From Trichodelitschia bisporula (Eukaryota): a stretch of DNA of 42,719 nt. The notes beneath the pieces are model-generated. The model searched no databases. It was given only the letters and a program-made list of their open reading frames with translations, and was not told where the DNA came from. The stretch lies in the NCBI GenBank assembly GCA_010356995.1, contig ML996699.1:775697-818415 (forward strand), read 5' to 3'. Position 1 is the first letter of the stretch. Each line of letters opens with the position of its first letter. Shown in pieces: positions 1-11,058 of the stretch. Made by a program: the position numbers and the translations under genes.

Positions 1-529
1 TGGAGGTGAGGTACTCGGGCAAGGTGGTGGGTGGTGGATAAGGATCTTGGGGGCGGCATTGAGAGGGGGGTGGTTGGTGTTGATGGCATAACGGGAGCAC
101 TGGCATTACGGAAGGGGTATCGGGGTTGATACGGGATGGGTGCACACTGATGGGGATATCGAGGGAAATGTCGGTCTTGAGATCAGTGCGTTTTGCTGCT
201 GGCCTGAAGCACCGGGCACCTTCCCTTCCGCTGTCGTTCCGCCATTTTGGAGAGGTTTCTGAGCGGATTTTCTCATTGGGGTCACCTTTTTTCATCTCCG
301 TATTCCTGCTGATGCCCCGACTCCATCTGCTTCGGCGCTTTGTCGGACTGCGAGTGCTATGGACTGACACTGGGACTGGTTCCTGAGCTTTGAATGCATC
401 GACGTTGATCTCGGATATCACGGGATCTGGCGCTTGAAATCCAATCACGTCCGACGCGTCCGTGGAGATGTCAACCCTGAACTGCTCAATGTCTCGGCAC
501 AGCCAACGTAAGCACAACACCCGAAGAGC
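1..529 (-). CDS. Possible partial coding exon running off the left edge, unknown product
   Basis: Stop-free minus frame from 529 to the edge (LRWLCRDIEQFRVDISTDASD...DPYPPPTTLPEYLTS). A GTGAGT donor-like site lies just upstream. No family recognised. Confidence 0.25.
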
Positions 530-1264
530 TTATGACCACGAACTCACACTCCAGCAGCTGTTGTTTTCCTCGTGGCGGAGATTTCCTAAGGGCCTTTACG
601 TACGATGGTCATAATGTCCGTTTCCTGAGGCCTGGAATGATGACAGTTCAAGGTCTCCAATAGCACCACGGCCCCGCTTGTCTCGACCACCTTTTGACCC
701 GAATTACTCGCCATGACCTGGAAGAATCTCACCGGTGTGGAATGCCGGGTTTGGCGCTGCGGGGCGCTTCGTGTCAGAACTGCGGCTTAGACAATGGCCC
801 ATGACTGAAACTGGCGTTCTGGAAGGCGCCTGGCATGCAAGTCGCTCCGTGGCGTGTCCCCTCTTTGACTTTTGTCCACTGAATAAGCAGCGTATGTAAG
901 ACGTCAGCCGCGCCCTGCCTATGCGACTGTGTACGGAGGTAGGCGGGTAGGGTGTCGTGCTCATCTCCTCCATATTTGAGATCCGCATAGCATGCTCTCC
1001 ATTGGAATGAAGATGGACATAGGCTGGACGTCGACCGTCAGCACCAGTTGATGGAGGCGACGGATGTACGCGGCGTGTCTTCAGCCTTTCCCCGGAGATC
1101 TAGGGAGTTGCGAGGATCATATAGAAGACGTGGTGGCCTTACCCCTTGAGCAACTTATAAGCTCCCATTATTCCACCTGGTACTCGAGTCCTCATCAGCT
1201 TGCTCAACATTACTTCCTCCTTCAATCGGCTCAGAAATATCCAGTCCTCGTTCCCATTGCTAAA

Positions 1265-2824
1265 ATGGCTCCCGTCCCAGTTCCAGAGTACATCGAGACC
1301 CGTCTCTTCATCAATGGCGAGGCATGTCAAGCCACTTTCCATCCCCAACTCAGCTAACCATCCAGTTTGTCAACTCCTCCACCGGCAAGACCTTCGACGT
1401 CTTCTCCCCCTACGACCAGCACAAAGTAGCCACTGGTACCAACCCCTCCCCCCCCATCCATCCTCAATCTAACCCCCCCAGTCCAAGAAGCAACAGAACC
1501 GGACATCGACGCCGCCGTCTCCGCCGCCAAAGCCGCCTTCCCCGCCTGGTCTGCCCTCGCCCCCACCGCCCGCGGCACTCTCCTCCGCAAACTCGGCGAC
1601 GCCGTCGCAGCCGCCACCTCCGACCTCGCGGCCCTAGACGCCCTGGTCATGGGCCGGCCGATCAGCACGTACTTCGACGGCCCATTCGCCGCTGAGCTGC
1701 TGCACCACTACAGCGAAGCGGGCTTCGAACCGGCGGGGAAAACCAGCCTGCACACGCCCGGGACTGTGAACTTGACGCTGCGCCAGCCCGTCGGCGTTGC
1801 GGCTGCTATCATTCCGTGGAATGTGCCCATGATCATATTGGCGCATAAGGTTGGCCCGGCTTTGGCGGCGGGGTGCACGCTTGTGGTTAAGAGTAGTGAG
1901 AAGGCGCCGCTTAGTTCGCTCCGGTTTGCGCAGCTGGTGAGGGAGGTTGGGTTTCCGTCGGGTGTTGTCAATGTTGTGAGTGGGTTTGGCAGACCGGCAG
2001 GCGAGGCCCTGGCACGGCATATGGATGTGCGGATGATCTCGTTTACGGGCTCGGGGCCGACGGGGAAGTTGGTGCAGAAGTATGCGGCGGAGAGCAATCT
2101 CAAGCGCGTCGTGCTGGAGTTGGGGGGGAAGAGCCCGACGCTGGTGTTCGAGGATGCGGATGTCGAGGCTGCGGCTGCGGAGGCGGCGTTCGGGATCCGC
2201 TTTGTCTCTGGGCAGGCGTGTGTTGCTGGGTCGCGCGTGTATGTGCAGGAGAGTGCGGCGGAGCGGTTTAAGAGGGCGTTCGAGGTGGCGTTTGCGGAGT
2301 TTGTGCCTGGTGATCCGCTGGATCCGGCGACGACGATGGGGCCGCAGGCGGATCGGATTCAGTTTGAGCGTGTCAAGGGGTTTTTGGAGGAGATTAGGAA
2401 TGGTGATGGGCAGGTGAGGGTTGGTGGGGGGGCCTTGGAGGTTAATGGGAAGGGTTTTTTTATTCAGCCGACTGTGTTCGAGGCGAAGGATGAGGGCGTG
2501 CGGGCGATGAGGGAGGAGATCTTCGGGCCTGTCATCTCCATCAATACGTTCACGACGGAGGAGGAGGCGATTGCTAAGGCGGTGGACACGGAGTATGGGC
2601 TGTTCTCGTCGGTGTACACGAAGAATATTGATCGTGCGCTGAGGGTCGCGAAGGCGATGGAGGCGGGCGTTGTGGCGGTCAATTGTACGGCGCCTGCGGG
2701 GCTGGCGTCTGATATGCCGTTTGGGGGGTATAAGCAGAGTGGGCTTGGGCGCGAGGGCTTTGGGTACAGCATTGAGAACTATTTGCAGACGAAGACTGTT
2801 ACCATCAAACTGGCGCCGGCTTGA
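1265..2824 (+). CDS. NAD(P)+-dependent aldehyde dehydrogenase (exons 1265-1321, 1366-1435, 1482-2824)
   Basis: Spliced start MAPVPVPEYIETRLFINGE|FVNSSTGKTF...KVAT|VQEATEPDIDAAV. Motifs IIPWN, FTGS, catalytic LELGGKSP and SGQAC, EEIFGPV and PFGGYKQSGLGREG are all present. Confidence 0.95.
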
Positions 2825-3234
2825 GCGGGGAGGGGTTGATGGGCCGGGGATGATGGACTGTCGTTGGGAGCGTTGCAGTATCACTTGTTCACTGGGAAAA
2901 TGTGCAACAAAGAAGGCAGCCAGCCGTTTACTCGAAGTCGTAAGCAGTGTGAAGAAGTACCGCAAGCTTAAACTCCACCCCAAAACCCAAATCAAACCCA
3001 ATAAAACTCCTCGTGCTGACAAAACTCATTGAAGAGAAGCATATCCTAGCGCGGCTGACCACCCTCCCAGCCTTGATGCGCGCAAGGCTAACAGCGGGGT
3101 AACGGATGGAACTGCCCCAGCCTTACGGCAAACCTCTGATTTCAAAAACCAAAGACACCATTCTAGGCGTAAGCCGGACATAACCCCCTCGCAGAACCCC
3201 CTCCGGCCGCTCCAACCGCAGATACTTACCTCCA

Positions 3235-4220
3235 CTACGCGCCCGTAGCCTTGACAGCCTGATTCCCCGTCGCGCTCGGCGCCCCAGATGCATAAGCATA
3301 GCTACACTTCTGCGGGGTCGCATCCGCGGGACCCTTCTGCACGGGATTACACCCAGGCAGATGCTCCATCCACCCATCAATATCCTCATCCACGACAGGT
3401 TTCTGCGCGCAGGCATTCCGCGTCTTATCATCATACACCTCAAAACAGTCCGTCAGCGGGCGACCGCCACTCCCGGTAGTACAACTCGTAATCGCCTTAA
3501 GCAACACCCCCTCCTGCCACCCATTCAGAAAATCAGCATGGAAGCCGTACCCCCTGGGATCACCCTGCGCCAACACCCAGGGCATATCATTCGCCGTGTA
3601 TGACCCGTCGAAGGACTTCGTGTCGAGCCAGTTCTCGATGAAAAATATGCGGCAGCACGCGCGGGTGGCTCGACGGGCAGTAGCCTGAGTCCGGGTGGTC
3701 GCCCATCGGGTACGCGACGTGCGCCCGGGGGCTGCTGATATCAAACAGCGCGCCGTTCCAGCAGTGCGAGAAGTGCACGCTCCCCGCGAGGCCATACCCG
3801 CATTGCGTAATCCCCGTCGGAAGCCCCGTAGTCTTAACATCGGGATCGTGGCAGAACCACTCCGTCGCCCGCCTGGGCATTCTTACTCTTAGGCAAAGAG
3901 CGCGAGGCCGAATTCCCCGCAATCATACGAAACTCGGTTGGGAACTCCTGGATCGTTTCGTTCGCGCCCGCGCGGTTGAAGTAGTAAATCTTGTGCTCGG
4001 GGCGCTCGGGGACGCGCTTGAAGGACCCGTTGGAGGGCAATTGGAAGTAGAGCGATGGCATCCAGTAGTTGGATTTGTCGGGCTTGATGAAGGCGGTGGA
4101 GCAGGTGGAGGTTTGGGTGGTGGCGAAGGACATGTTGGAGGTGAAGGCGTTGGCGCCGATTATGCTGTGGACGTGCATGCGACGCAGGATTGAATCTACT
4201 TTGTGGTGAAGACCGCATTG
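3235..4220 (-). pseudogene. DUF1996-family secreted protein gene with two +1 frameshifts and a degraded 5' end
   Basis: Family motifs (HVHSIIGANAF, STCS...DKSNYWMPSLY, FRMIAGN, HF.HCWNG, CPSSHP, GDPRGYGFHADFLNGW, LPGCNP) fall in three frames. The shifts map to CCC at 3868-3870 and AAAAA at 3641-3645, with no usable intron at either site. Confidence 0.75.
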
Positions 4221-5318
4221 AGATCGTTGACGGTTCTCAGGATATTTCGAGGCACCGGCAGCCTCACGGGAAGACACTGGAGCGGACCTGTAGGACAACT
4301 GTGCGTTCAACAAAGAGAGCTGGTTTCATGACTGAGTGAGTGAGACGGCCAGATACCATCATTGCCTTGACGATAAGACGATAGATTCAAAATATATCAA
4401 CCATAACGGAAGCCTCAACCCGCGTGCTCTTGTTTCCGAGCATTGTCAGTGGTATATCCTCTCGGCTGGGATTCGGTGAAGGCGAGGACACTGAATCGAC
4501 CATCCTGAGTAGTTTCCAGACTCATATCAAAGCAGTCATCACAGCCAGTAGCCAGTAGCGGGTAGAACATGTACTTCACAGCTAAGTCAACGACGGTCAG
4601 CACGTGTACACCATCCATTCCAGAACGTTCGCGATTGCTCAACCATCGACCGAAAAGCTTCGAAAAGCCATCGACGGCATAACTCCCAGGGAAGCAACAA
4701 CCCGCAACCAGACATTCAAAAACGTGCACTCACAAAAAACACAGCGCTTGCTTCCCGCCCGCCTCACTCCCACGAAGTGACACTCAAAATCCCCACCCCC
4801 AGCCACAATACCCGCCTTCAGCCTCGCGCCACCCCAGCCACCATCAAGCCGCGTCGTAACGGCCGCCACAGTCGGCGGTTGACAAACCACCGACTCTCCG
4901 CGAGGCGTCCGCACCCAGCGCCACCCGCGCTAGTGGCGCCAACATATACGAGGCCGCCACGAGCGTGAATGGAACGGTGGAAGAGCTGCAAGTCAAGTCG
5001 CGCATTCCGGTGGGCCTGCGCCGGTTTGTGGAAATTGAAAATCGCGGTGCTTTTGGGAAACGTGGGAGGCCATCGGGGGTGTTGAGGCGGCGGTTGAATG
5101 ATGACGTCTTTTGCTTGGCGGTTGACACGATCATGAAAGATGCGAAGGGCTGCGGAGCAAAGCATTACTTCCCATTAAGTAATAGCTACTCGTCATGCGC
5201 CTGAGCGAAAAAGACTGGCTGCGTAATGTCATGACCTCTCTCGGTCGACGATAATATGTACAGGAAGTCGCATCCGCTAATATATTAAATCATCCAGAGT
5301 AATAATGGACAAGACAAT

Positions 5319-7034
5319 CTAAACATCTTTCCTGTTGGAGATTAGCAGATGGCCAATAGTGGGAACGTGATGTCATACCAACTAAGGCCTTCCCTCTCTT
5401 GATAGGGAGTCTTCACGGCGTTGCGGTCCGCAAAGGGATCATCCTCGTCTTCTTCGCTTTCACTCACTTGGATCTTCTTTTTTGATGCTGCATTCGACAT
5501 GGGCGCTGGGATTGGGATACTAGTCGGACGAGGTGGCCGTGGCGGCGGAATAGACGCTGATGCCGTGTCGTTCAACGAGAGACCTGCCAATCCCTCCTGG
5601 TTGCCGGACATAGACATGCGATTTTGGAAGCGTTCCTTGCTGGCCTGGTATTCGGCCTCGCTGTCGCTATCATCATCGATGCTCTTGTCCATGACCTCGT
5701 AAGCCATAAGAGCTTTGATCAACTCGTCGTTTGCACTCAACAGACTACCGATGTACTGTTCACTCTCGACCAATTGGATGTACCGCAAGATCTGCCGGCG
5801 GAGCACTTTGCAGGTATCAAAACGGTTCTTGCACTCGACATTTTCTGAAACGCGCTGACTTTCGCGGTTGATGAGTTTGAGAGCATTGAGAAGATTGGTG
5901 CTGGCCACGGAAGCGGAGGCTATCGTTTCAAGCAATTGACCCTTCTCTTTCTCCAGGTTGAATGGCTTGCGCTTGTTCTTCTTATCCTTGGACTTGAAAA
6001 GGGACGAGGAGCGCTCCGTTGATGCCAGTTGGATCGGTCGTTGTGGTTGCCACGATGCGGAAGGGGTAGAGGAGGATGGACTGCTGCGATGTTGGACAGC
6101 TGGCGAAGTCGGAGGAGAAGTCTGCATTTCTCTGGCGGCCTCGGCTTCCGTTTCTCGAATAACCTTGGACTGAGAAGGGTGGGGCCGCTTCGTTTGAGGG
6201 AGTTGCTTGTAGAGTGAGGCGATCTGGTTCAGGCCTTGTGTGTTCTTGTAGGCAACGGCCCACTGCCTGAAGAGGACGTTACACTTCGCACGGACATCAG
6301 GATCCACCATTTCGTCTTGCGGCATCATTCTCAGTCGCTCAAGCAAGGGTCCGTCGGCAAATGTCCGTTGGAAGCGTGTCCCCGCATTTTGGATAAGGCC
6401 GTCTAGGATGGTGAGAGCACGAAGCTGACGATGCATGTTGCCATATTTGCTGTTGATTGGTTAGAGGTGTAAAGCAGAAACAACATTGACGTACAGCTTT
6501 TTGCGTATCGCCCTAGCTGCCTCAGCTGGACCAGTGTCCTGGATCCGAATCACCTCCACTAGATCGACAATGCCAGAAAGATCGTTCTCCTCATACTCTT
6601 CGCCGGTGAGACGTTCGATATGGACCGTGATCGCCGTGTAGGGCTTCTTCTGTACCACGAACCATGTCTTTAGCGACTTGCCCACGATGTGGAAGCAGCA
6701 ATGGGGGCAAGCATTGTATGCAACCCTCTCGGGAGCCAACTTTGCTAGCTGCGCAAGTTGGACCGAAGCATTCTTGTGGTGGAGGGTTTTCGAGCGGGGA
6801 GGGGCTAGAGAATAAGGTGGAGGAGGTTCTCTGAGAAACTGGACGAGTTCCACAGTGGTGGTACGACGACGATGTGTCTCATACGGCGGTGGACACTGCG
6901 CGTGTTGGGGTATTGGGGGATGGGCAACCATTGTGACGGGCTACATAGCGATGGGGATGGAAAGAGGAGTAGAATTGAAAGAAGAAGAGGAAATGCTCAA
7001 GTTATGAGAGAGGGCTTACTGGACCGCCGAACAT
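5319..7034 (-). CDS. LSB5: VHS + GAT domain endocytic adaptor, Lsb5-like (exons 7034-7020, 6649-6495, 6449-~5379, 5331-5319)
   Basis: Spliced MFGGP|KKPYTAITVHIERLT...ARAIRKKL|KYGNMHRQLRALTILDGL (VHS). The GAT-like region reads CKVLRRQILRYIQLVESEQYIGSLLSANDEL, followed by a C-terminal DPFAD motif. Splice signals are canonical. Confidence 0.85.
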
Positions 7035-8373
7035 GATGGGATGGCGAACAGCCTTGTTCGGACTTTACTAGGTGGTGGTAATGGGGGGCGCTTAAGAGCA
7101 GAATTTGGTAACCTTGGGGAGGGGGGTGGGGCGGGGGCGCGAAGACGGATGCGGCAAGCGAGAATGTGTCGAACAGGAGAGCTTTACGTCCAAATTAGAT
7201 ACGATGTTCGCTTGCAGAACGGGTTCCACACGGAACAGGTCCGTGATCTTCACATGGGATGGTCGACTGTGCCCGCACCCAGAAGCCACAGCGTGCGTGA
7301 CAGGGCGAAGGACCAGCGGGATGGAAGGAAAAGCTGCAATGCTCACCGAGAAGCTGGAGGGTAGTTCCGGGATACACACGAAAGTGCCCTTTCGCCTTAG
7401 GGATGACGAGGAACACGAACAAGGTCCGGGTCTCGAAGGGCGGGAGGTTGGAGGCGCTGTGTACGCGGGACGAAAGTACAGGCCAGACGGCGGTACCAGC
7501 AACGCAACAAGCGAGTGGAGAGGTTGTTAGGGAGAGGGGGGGCGTGTTGGGAGTGTGGAGAGGAAGACCGAAGAGGGTGCGATGCGGAGAGCCGATCCGG
7601 GTCCGTGCAAAGGAGGGGAGGCGTGGGGAGGCTGCAGTGGCTGCTTCTTCGCCCTGGTCAATGTCGGGCAAACGAGCTTTGGAAGTTCCGACGGTGCTTT
7701 GAATGGAGGAATGAAGGATTTTGGCGTTTCCTTCTCCAAAAGACGCGATATACGCAGTAGTGAGGCGGATTCAATAATGCAGATGATGCTCAAACAGTAG
7801 AACAGTAGGAAGTACAGAACGATGAGGTCAGAGGTCCATCCGACATCACACGAGTGCCCCGGCTTTCCTTTCCGTCTGATGGCTGCCCCGCGGTTCCCCA
7901 AATGTTTTTCCGTCCCGGTGGAGCTCCCAACCACCACTCAACGAGTCTCCCTCCACATCGGACAAAATCTTGGCATAACCGGCACCTCCACTCGTCCACG
8001 TTCAACACCCACAGACCCGCAGAACCCAAAGAACACACAGACTCTCCCGCAGTCAGACAAGACCTGCATCACCAACCCGCAGACAGACGCAAACTCCACT
8101 ACCAAACTCCACTTACAATTATTCTCACCAACCCACCCACATGTCTCTTCACATGATGACCGTCCCCTCACTCACCGTCCAGCGTCGCCACTCGCACTAG
8201 TCAACTAGCCACGCTGCATCCCGTTCTAGTCCCGCCTCTTCGGCCACGCGTTAACCTCCGAGAGGGTACTCTGAGCAGACCAGCTAGCTTCACCGTACGG
8301 TTGTATTGAATTTCTCCGGTAGATCGGCCGTGAACATTGAAATCAGAGCTCTTTAACCAACAAGCGTTCGGAA

Positions 8374-10479
8374 ATGGTAGATCGCGGGAACGGGCCCCTT
8401 AGGTGATCCCCCACTCTGCCGATCCCATCCATTTCCTTGCTCAGCCCTGCTGACGCTCGACTGTTTTAGGCGGGTCGAGCCACCCGTTCTGGCTTCAAAC
8501 TTAACGCCAAGCAACCAAGGTAGTAATTCTGCTGGTGCATCACTTGAGCCTTCAGCGTTCCGCCAGATCGTCGACCGGGTTTTCCACCCCCCCCCGCCTT
8601 TTTCCCTATCGGAAAACCCGCCAGCACATATCAGCGGGAGGAAGCGCTCACTGCCTGCTCCAGATCAGCCTACTCGCAAGCGGCTGATATTGGACCAACA
8701 TTCTTCTAATAATGCCAGCGGCACAGAAGCAGGACCAAACGACGATCAGGTTGTCAATGATCTTGACGGTCCACCCACGCCCGGCCATCAACCGCCGCTC
8801 TATCAAGCTTTCGTCATTCCACAGAACTCTCTTTACCACCCAGAGACCTGGACCCACGCTCCGCACGGCTGGTATATGGTGAACACCAACGGAATCGCAC
8901 AGCCTCCTACTGTCATGGAGCAGATAGCCACATCTCACCCCAGTGTTCCAGGAGAGAATGAGGATATGCTCAATGATACCAGAGGCCCGCCTTCTCAAGC
9001 CTTGTTACGTTACCCCCCGCATCCGGCGGCCGGATATGAGGATGGATACAGCTCTGACACTCTCGTCCCTGATCACGACACCGGTGCAGTTGAAAGTGAG
9101 GATCTTGCACCGGCGATTACCCAAGTGTCGCCCATGCAACATTCCCCTGCATGGAGTCAAATGCCACTAAAGCTTCCAGCTACCGTAGACAGAGATTCAT
9201 CGAAAATATGGGCGGGAATTTCAGATCAAAACTTCCTTGACCTAGTATGCGACGCTCTACCTGGAGGCGATATTCAAACCGGCGAGGAAGCCACGTCGTG
9301 CTCTGAGGTAAGGGATCAGTCACTGCCCGAGGCGGGTCGCTCTGGATGCGAATCTTCACCTCGAGACATGCTCGATGGCGGGCTCTCCGATCAAGATTTC
9401 CTTGACTTGGACCTCGAGACCATGGCCGCTCTTCCTCGCACTGAGCCTATCGTGAAAACTCCCAAGCCGCCATTTCATTTAACAATGTGTGAACCCCAAT
9501 CCGACATGAGCCTTCCAGGGGATCCAGACGACGAATTCGGCGGTGTGTCAGACCAAGACCTAATTGACGCGATGGCTTGTACCACTCCCTTAAGCTTAAT
9601 CGAACCAGGACCGGACAGCGTGTCTCATCAGGTAAATGTTCGAGCTCAGCCAGATTCGGGTCCTGTCAGACATGGTATGTCACCGGAAGATGAGTTTGCC
9701 GGTATCAGTGATCAGGACCTTCTCGATGCCATGGATAACAGGGCCTCGCCAGGCCCATTAACAGTGGCAACTCGGTTAGGCTCAGCACGGACTTCCATTC
9801 CTATAAAGAATGGAAGTTCATCGCCCATACAGGAGGAGGTCGATCTTTTCCAGATCGAAGCCTTACAGGTAAGTGAGAGTGAAACGAAGCGAGTAGACAC
9901 ACAGTCACCTCAGCCTTGCTCTGGTCCAAGCGCTCAGCGGACAACGACTCCCCACCCTGGCCTCCCACGCTGTGCTCCGTTTGTACGTCCGGCCCCACCT
10001 AAGCCCGTTCAGAAACGTCCTGCCCTGGCCGGTGTAACGCCTTACACCCTTCTCCGGACATGTTTTCGTATCGGCGAAGCCTTCAACTATGGACACGAGG
10101 CCGGCTGTGATGTCGTGGTTGAGTTGTACGCCAGGGTCCTCTGGTCGCACCGCGTGGGTGTCAAGCAGCTTTTCAAGTTCGCGGACATATTCTACGACCA
10201 GCGGCCACCATACCTTGAGGGCTGTTACCAATGCTGGAAGGGGAATGAGTTGTGGGATCGTGAAAGTCAGCCATTTCTCGCAGGTGACAAGAAGCTCGCC
10301 AGGGTAATTGGCAGGATGAAGCAAACAGGCCGCGGGGCGAAGCTTCTCGTTTTCAACATCTGGGAAGCTGAATGGGCCGACATTGAGTACTCTAGGGCGA
10401 TTGTCTGTTCCTGTAAGTGCATTATGTGCCGGCTTGACGTGCCTCAACTCAACCCCTCTCCTTGCTGACTCTCATAGAG
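8374..10479 (+). CDS. Long disordered protein with a conserved C-terminal OB-fold-like domain, SPATA22-like (exons 8374-8402, 8470-10412, 10478-10479)
   Basis: ATG 8374 and intron 8403-8469 (GCTGAC branch) join in frame to the 592-aa ORF. The C-terminus reads RTCFRIGEA...ELYARV...RVIGRM...NIWEAEWADI. The T|AG stop codon is split by intron 10413-10477. Confidence 0.75.
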
Positions 10480-11058
10480 AGAGATATCTCCGGACGGCTT
10501 GATCTGATGCGTTGATGATGATGAACCTAAGCTGGCTCTTTCTCCGCCTCTTTTAACTCCAATGGCCTATCAGTTAGCTAAATTATAATTCACTGCGTAT
10601 CAATTACTATGCATGACAACTCGCGGCTCTCATCCGCCATGATCAAGGGTACCCAGAGTATCGTGAGGCAACGTTGACACCTGAGGCATCCGTGTGGTAC
10701 AAGCGGCAACAACTAAGCCTAGTCTAAAATCAGACAGCGGGGCAGACCGCCAAGAAATGCTCCGACTGGCGGATCTAAAGCGGCACGTCCCACTTCTTTC
10801 ACGTCTCCCTAGCGCTGGGGCAACTCCCTCTCAACCTGATCGTTCGCTCACAGTCGCGTTGCATCTTCTCCCTTCTACTTGTCCTCCAACCTAACCTCAG
10901 CTGCACAGCGCGCGTCAATCACAGTACTAGATCATCTTCTTCGCCACATAGACCCTGATTGAACCCCTCAGCCTTAGCCACGGCGAGTTGCACGACTATG
11001 CGCATCCATTCCCACCGCACAGACGCGTCAAACAGCTTCCTCGACTAGCAACTGCCTA

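Noticed and set aside
1634..3022. 462-aa minus-strand ORF
   Set aside because: It is an antisense shadow of the GC-rich ALDH coding sequence, is Arg-rich and has no domain features.
4777..5204. Short overlapping ORFs between the DUF1996 gene and LSB5
   Set aside because: No recognisable motif, no convincing ATG context and no splice model.
8153..8274. ATGATGA...CTGA resembling C/D snoRNA boxes
   Set aside because: The terminal stem is weak and I could not identify a guide of 10 nt or more complementary to rRNA.
7041..8300. Many 80-160 aa ORFs on both strands
   Set aside because: The composition fits the leaders and promoters of two divergent genes, and the translations are low-complexity.
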